Shown piece after piece: positions 59,043 through 64,000 of a stretch of DNA of 64,000 bases. Source of the stretch: Octopus bimaculoides (lineage: Eukaryota). Position 1 is the stretch's first letter. Every line of letters begins with the position of its first letter. The notes under the pieces were generated by a model. That model worked only from the letters and a program-made list of their open reading frames with translations. It had not been told where the DNA came from and made no database searches. The stretch is taken from the NCBI RefSeq assembly GCF_001194135.2, contig NC_068986.1, positions 72,784,383-72,848,382 on the forward strand, read 5' to 3'. The position numbers were made by a program, and so were the translations under genes.

Positions 59043-60959
59043 TAGTGGGTCTCTATCATTCAAAATGTACCTTTAATGTAATTTTCAGATAGAGCCAGAG
59101 TGATGCAGCATGTGACAAAGCTGGTCCTTTTTGAATTGCAGATACAATCCAACTGATAGGCTTCTATATACCTTCTAGTTACCCAATTTCACTCACAAAA
59201 TATAGATCAACATAGGGCTATAGTAAATGATATATGCACAAGATGCCATGCAGTGAAATAAAACCCAGTAATGCATACATGCATATATAATGCAATAAAA
59301 AAGCTCTGATGTAATTCAGTTTGATAATCCAGTAGGTGTGGATGCTTGCAGAGCTGACTGTGTTAGTGTAAAGAAGAATATATTCAAACATATAATAACA
59401 ATGCAGTCAACAAATAAAATAAGAAGTGTTAGTTTGATGGTGAATGAATGAGAAAATAAAAGAAAGACAGGTAAAAAAACTGAGTTGATCCAGTAGACAT
59501 TTCACAAAGAGCAGTAATATTAATTGTGTGAGAGTATATTTTGTATATATGAGTGTTTCCAAGATGTAACATCTACAAAAACTGAAAGGAGGTAGGGAAA
59601 GTTAAGTTAGGGGTGTGTTTTAAAGTTACATTTATTAAGATCTTGCAAGCAGAAAACATTGTAATGGTGAGGAAGCAAGTAGTTCAAAATGTTGGCTTTT
59701 AGGAAATACTGCTGAGATGAAACAACAAGAATGGCTCTGGAATACTTAATTAAACATTAATATTATCTAGTTGGAGCTTAGGCACAGATACAGAAGATAT
59801 TTGTTGAGTCACAAAGACACAGAGGACTAAGAAGCAGAGAAGCAAGGCAAAAAACCCTACCGTAGGTTTTGTTAAAGTGAAATTGGTTCATGGTATCAAA
59901 CTTTGAACATATGCAAGGATTTTTAACAAAATTTTATGGGAAAGCTAAAAGCTGGAAAAAGTAAACTGCATTCTTTGATTGATAAAGTGGTAAGATCCTG
60001 TCAGAATGTTTGAGATATGAAATGTACTATAATGTAAAATGAATAGTCTTGTAGTGATGTTTGAAATTCAAAACTCTATCTCAGTAACAAGAAAAAGGCC
60101 CTGACATGTCAGGCGATTTTGCCCCCTATTCCAATCAATTATATGACAGGTGCATTCATCTGATCTCATAATTTGAATGGAAATTTCCATGCAATTTTCC
60201 CCACCATCATTCACTCTCCTCATTTATCCATCTCTTGCTGTCCATCACTCACCTCTATCCATTTTAGTGCTGATACCACAATAAAATGCATCTAATTTAC
60301 TCTAATATGTGTAAGGTAGTGAGGTCTCTTTATCTTGCCAAAGACATAAATAACTTCTCTACTGCTGGTGCCAAGGAAAAATGCACCCAATACACTCTGT
60401 TAAGTATGAGATTGAGAGAAGCTTTTAGTCTTGTTAAAGATGTAGCAACTTCTCTAGTGCTGGTTCCATATAAAGGGATCAGTGTTAGGAAAGCTATTCA
60501 GCTGTAGAAACCAAGCCAAAAATGAAACTGACAAGCAAACTGTGTTCCTCTAATCCATCTAGGAAAGCAGCACTGACCATTCAACTCGCAAATGTAAAAC
60601 AATGATGTGTGTGTGTAATATTCAATCTTCAAATATTAGTCTAACAAAATATTTTTTTTCCGCTAATGACTCTTCAAGAATGAAGATTATCGACTCAAAA
60701 TAATGGATTAAATATTTTACACACTCTCAGACTTATCTTTGAGTATTTTATTTGAAGTGTCCAGATGTAGCTTCTTTTGAACTTGTCACTCCCTGGAATA
60801 TATTATCTGTGTGTGTGTGTGTGTGCATGGTTCATCATCATCATCATCATTTAATGTGTGCTTTCTATGCTGGCATGGGTTGGATGGTTTGACATGAGCT
60901 GGAGCGCTGTCCAGACCCCAATTGTCTGTTGTGGTATGGTTTCTGCTGTTGGATGCCCT

Positions 60960-61717
60960 TCCTTATATATTTCGAGGCAATGACTTCTGACCGAGACCTT
61001 TGGAAATATGCTGTGCATGAGAAGACCCAGCAAGCCGAGTGAGATCAAAATCCAAGGCCTCTGCCAGGGATGTAGCCAGCCCGCTTATGCATAACTTTCC
61101 TCCATTGGACACTAAACTCCACTTGCGAAGACCTGTTGAGGCAAGTGAAATCAAAATCGAAATCGAACTAAATTCGACGACTTGCACCCGTGCCAACGTC
61201 TCTTTCATTGGACACTAAACTCGGCTTACGAAGACCTGTTGGGGCAAGCGAAAGCGAAATCGTGATGGCACCTGTACTAGTGGAGCACTAAGAGCACTGT
61301 TCAAGCGTGATAGTTGCCAGAGCAGCTGTCTGACTTCTGTGAGGGTGGCACGTAAATAGCACCATTTGAGTGCGATCGTTACCAGTGTCACCATCCTGGC
61401 ACTTGTGCCGGTGGCACGTTGAAAGACATTCGAGCGAGATCGTTGCCAGTGCCGCTCGACTGGCTCCTGTGCAGGTGACACGTAAAATACACCATTTTGA
61501 GGGTGGCCATTACCAGTACCGCCTGACTGGCCTCCGTGCCGATGGCATGTAAAACCACCCACTACACTCTCGGAGTGGTTGGCGTTAGGAAGGGCATCCA
61601 GCTGTAGAAACTCTGCCAAATCAGATTGGAGCCTGATGTAGCCACCTGGTTCACCAGTCCTCAATCTAATTGTCTAACCCATGCTAGCATGGAAAGCAGA
61701 CGTTAAATGATGATGAT
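60960..61717 (+). mobile_element. RTE LINE 3' end with long tandem-repeat 3'UTR and (GAT)n tail
   Basis: AMTSDRDLWKYAVHEKTQQAE* followed by about 65-bp units and gacgttaaatgatgatgat. Confidence 0.85.
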
Positions 61718-62361
61718 ATATGTGATAATCTATCATGCAATTTCCATCAACCAAATTCCATTCACAAGGTGATAGAAGTGCTTACCCAATGCACTGTGCA
61801 GTGGGATCGATCTGAGAACCATGTTACCTGCTCCTAAGAGTGGAATATTTTTTTAAGTTCGCAAATTTGCCTGTGTTAAAGCATGTTCTTCTTTTACAGC
61901 TGTGCACCATTCCTGTTAGTAATGTCTTTCTCAAGAGACACAATACAATGGTGTTATGAGTAAAGGTAGGCTTAATAATTTTTTTTTTTAAATGCGTAAA
62001 TTATTGAAATTTAGATTCTCTTCTTCAGTGAAGGCTTAGTAAATAATCTTTAATATTGTTTAACTAATAGCATTTTTAAAAAAATATTTTATTTCATGTT
62101 CTGCGGACTCAGTGGTATATATGGTACAATATCAACATTTACATAGTTGTCTTCTCCACAGAATATGTTCCTAGTCAAGGTTCTGTTTTCCTCATCATGA
62201 TGTTTCTTTCTGACTGAGTTGAAGGAGATGGTTGCTATTTCTAACATCAACTAATCATATAAATGTGCTCACATTTTTTAATATGTGTATATATGATCAT
62301 AATATTTACAAGAAATGAACGTCAAGGAGAATTTTTTTTAACATTAATTTTATCCCACTTA

Positions 62362-62893
62362 TAACGTCTCTTTCATTGAACACTAAACTCGGCTTGCGAA
62401 GACCTGTTGGAGCAAGCGAAAGCAAAATCATGATGGCACCTGTACCAGTGGAGCACTAAGAGCACCGTCCGAGCGTGATCGTTGCCAGAGCACCAGCTGT
62501 CTGGCTTCCGTGCCAGTGGCACGTAAATAGCACCATTTGAGCGTGATCATTACCAACATCGCCTTCCTGGCACTTGTGCCAGTGGCACGTGAAAAGACAT
62601 TCGAGCGAGATTGTTGCCAGTACCACTCGACTGGCTCCTGTGCAGGTGGCATGTAAAACACACCATTTTGAGCATGGCCGTTGCCAGTACTGCCTGACTG
62701 GCCTTCGTGCTGGTGGCACGTAAAAGCACCCACTACACTCTCGAAGTAGTTGGCGTTAGGAAGGGCATCCAGCTGTAGAAACTCTGCCAAATCAGATTGG
62801 AGCCTGGTGTAGCCACCGGTCCACCAGTCCTCAATCAAATCGTACAACCCATGCTAGCATGGAAAGCGGACGTTAAACGATGATGATGATGAT
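62362..62893 (+). mobile_element. 5'-truncated second copy of the same RTE 3'UTR
   Basis: Aligns by eye with 61194-61717 unit for unit. Confidence 0.85.
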
Positions 62894-64000
62894 AACATTT
62901 CAGTGAAATATCTTAGCTCAAAACTTCCTCTTACATAAACAAAGTAGCAAATGATGAGTATTAGTGAAGTATTTTTATTCGCAATAAGAAACATTTCAAT
63001 GATTTTTTTTTTACTTTTCATAATCCTTATTTTGATAAAGGTTTACATCATAAAAAAAAAAGATTTTTTGCTTGTGTGGTTAACCTTAAGGCTTGGAAAA
63101 TTAAATTAAATCACCAGCACATCTTTGTCATTCATTATTAAAACAAATAAAAAGTAAACAGTTTCATATTTTACTGTGTTAGCAAACTATACAACTGTTT
63201 AAATAATTAGAAAGAAAGATATAGTTGTACTTTAAAAAAATAAAAGATAAATTTGTATATCAATAGGTGCAGGAATGGCTGTATAGTTAAAAAGTTCTTT
63301 TCATAGTCATTTTGAGTTCAGTATCATTGTGCAGCAACTTGGACAAGTGCCTCCTACTATAACTCCAGGCTAGCCAATATCTTGTGAGTGAATTTGGTAG
63401 GCAGAAACTGTATGGAAACTTGTTTGTGTGTGTGTTGCTTGCCTCCACAATGTTGGCTTGTTTGATAGTTCAATAACAAGAACTTGCTTGAATAAGTAAT
63501 GGACATAAAATAATTACAGTGGTCAATTTGTTCAACTAAACCCTTCAACATGGTGCTCCAGCTATGAGTAAAACATGTAAAAATATAAAAGAAATGAATG
63601 AGTAGGCACAGGCATGGCCATTTGGTAAGAAGCTTGTTTCCCAACCACATGGTTCTGGGTTCAAGTCTCATTGCATGGCACCTTGGGTAAGTGTCTCCTA
63701 CTGTAGCCTTGGGCTGACCAAAGCCTTGTGAGGCTAGCATCCTAGAGGTCTGTGGGGTGTTTTGTGGATTTCATAGATAGAAACTGAAAGAAATCCATTA
63801 TATGTGTGTATATATCATCATCAACATCATCAGCATTTAACGTCCACCTTCCATGCTGGTATGGGTTGGATGGTTTGACAGGAGCTGGCCAGGCAGGAGC
63901 TTGCACCAGACTTCTGTGTCTGGGTTGGCGGGGTTTTTATGGCTGTCTATGTATGTATATATATATGTACATATTTATGTTTGTGTATCTTTGTGCCTGT

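Noticed and set aside
61320-61560. Regularly spaced about 65-bp units that superficially resemble a CRISPR array
   Set aside because: The segments between the conserved cores are homologous to each other, the array sits inside an RTE 3'UTR, the DNA is eukaryotic, and no cas genes are present.

Overview
AT-rich, repeat-dense animal genomic DNA with four N gaps. The SINE/RTE repeat landscape looks like Octopus, but that species call is an inference. Three spliced protein-coding genes can be built by hand from GT-AG junctions with consistent phases: (1) the last three coding exons of an unidentified AT-hook-like protein (+, 636-4200); (2) a complete mevalonate kinase, MVK (-, 26144 to 9738, 9 coding exons, 393 aa); (3) a complete F-box protein FBXO21 (+, 34734-56145, 12 exons, 587 aa), head-to-head with MVK. 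Much of the remaining sequence is decayed RTE and CR1/L2-type LINEs, tRNA-derived SINEs, two truncated Ty3/gypsy elements, several Tc1/mariner, hAT and piggyBac-like MITEs, and microsatellites. The most unusual structure is a 1450-bp non-coding foldback DNA element (32491-33940) about 0.8 kb upstream of the FBXO21 ATG. It has GG...CC ends, a perfect 8-bp target-site duplication, and about 13 copies of one module in alternating orientation, arranged as a head-to-tail dimer. Other notable points are a Tc1/mariner MITE made of two right ends, an FBXO21 whose middle-domain signature motifs are replaced while its YccV-like domain is intact, and a probable 18-nt 5'UTR microexon with a uORF in MVK. 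I found no clear new multi-gene system; the findings are hypotheses to test.
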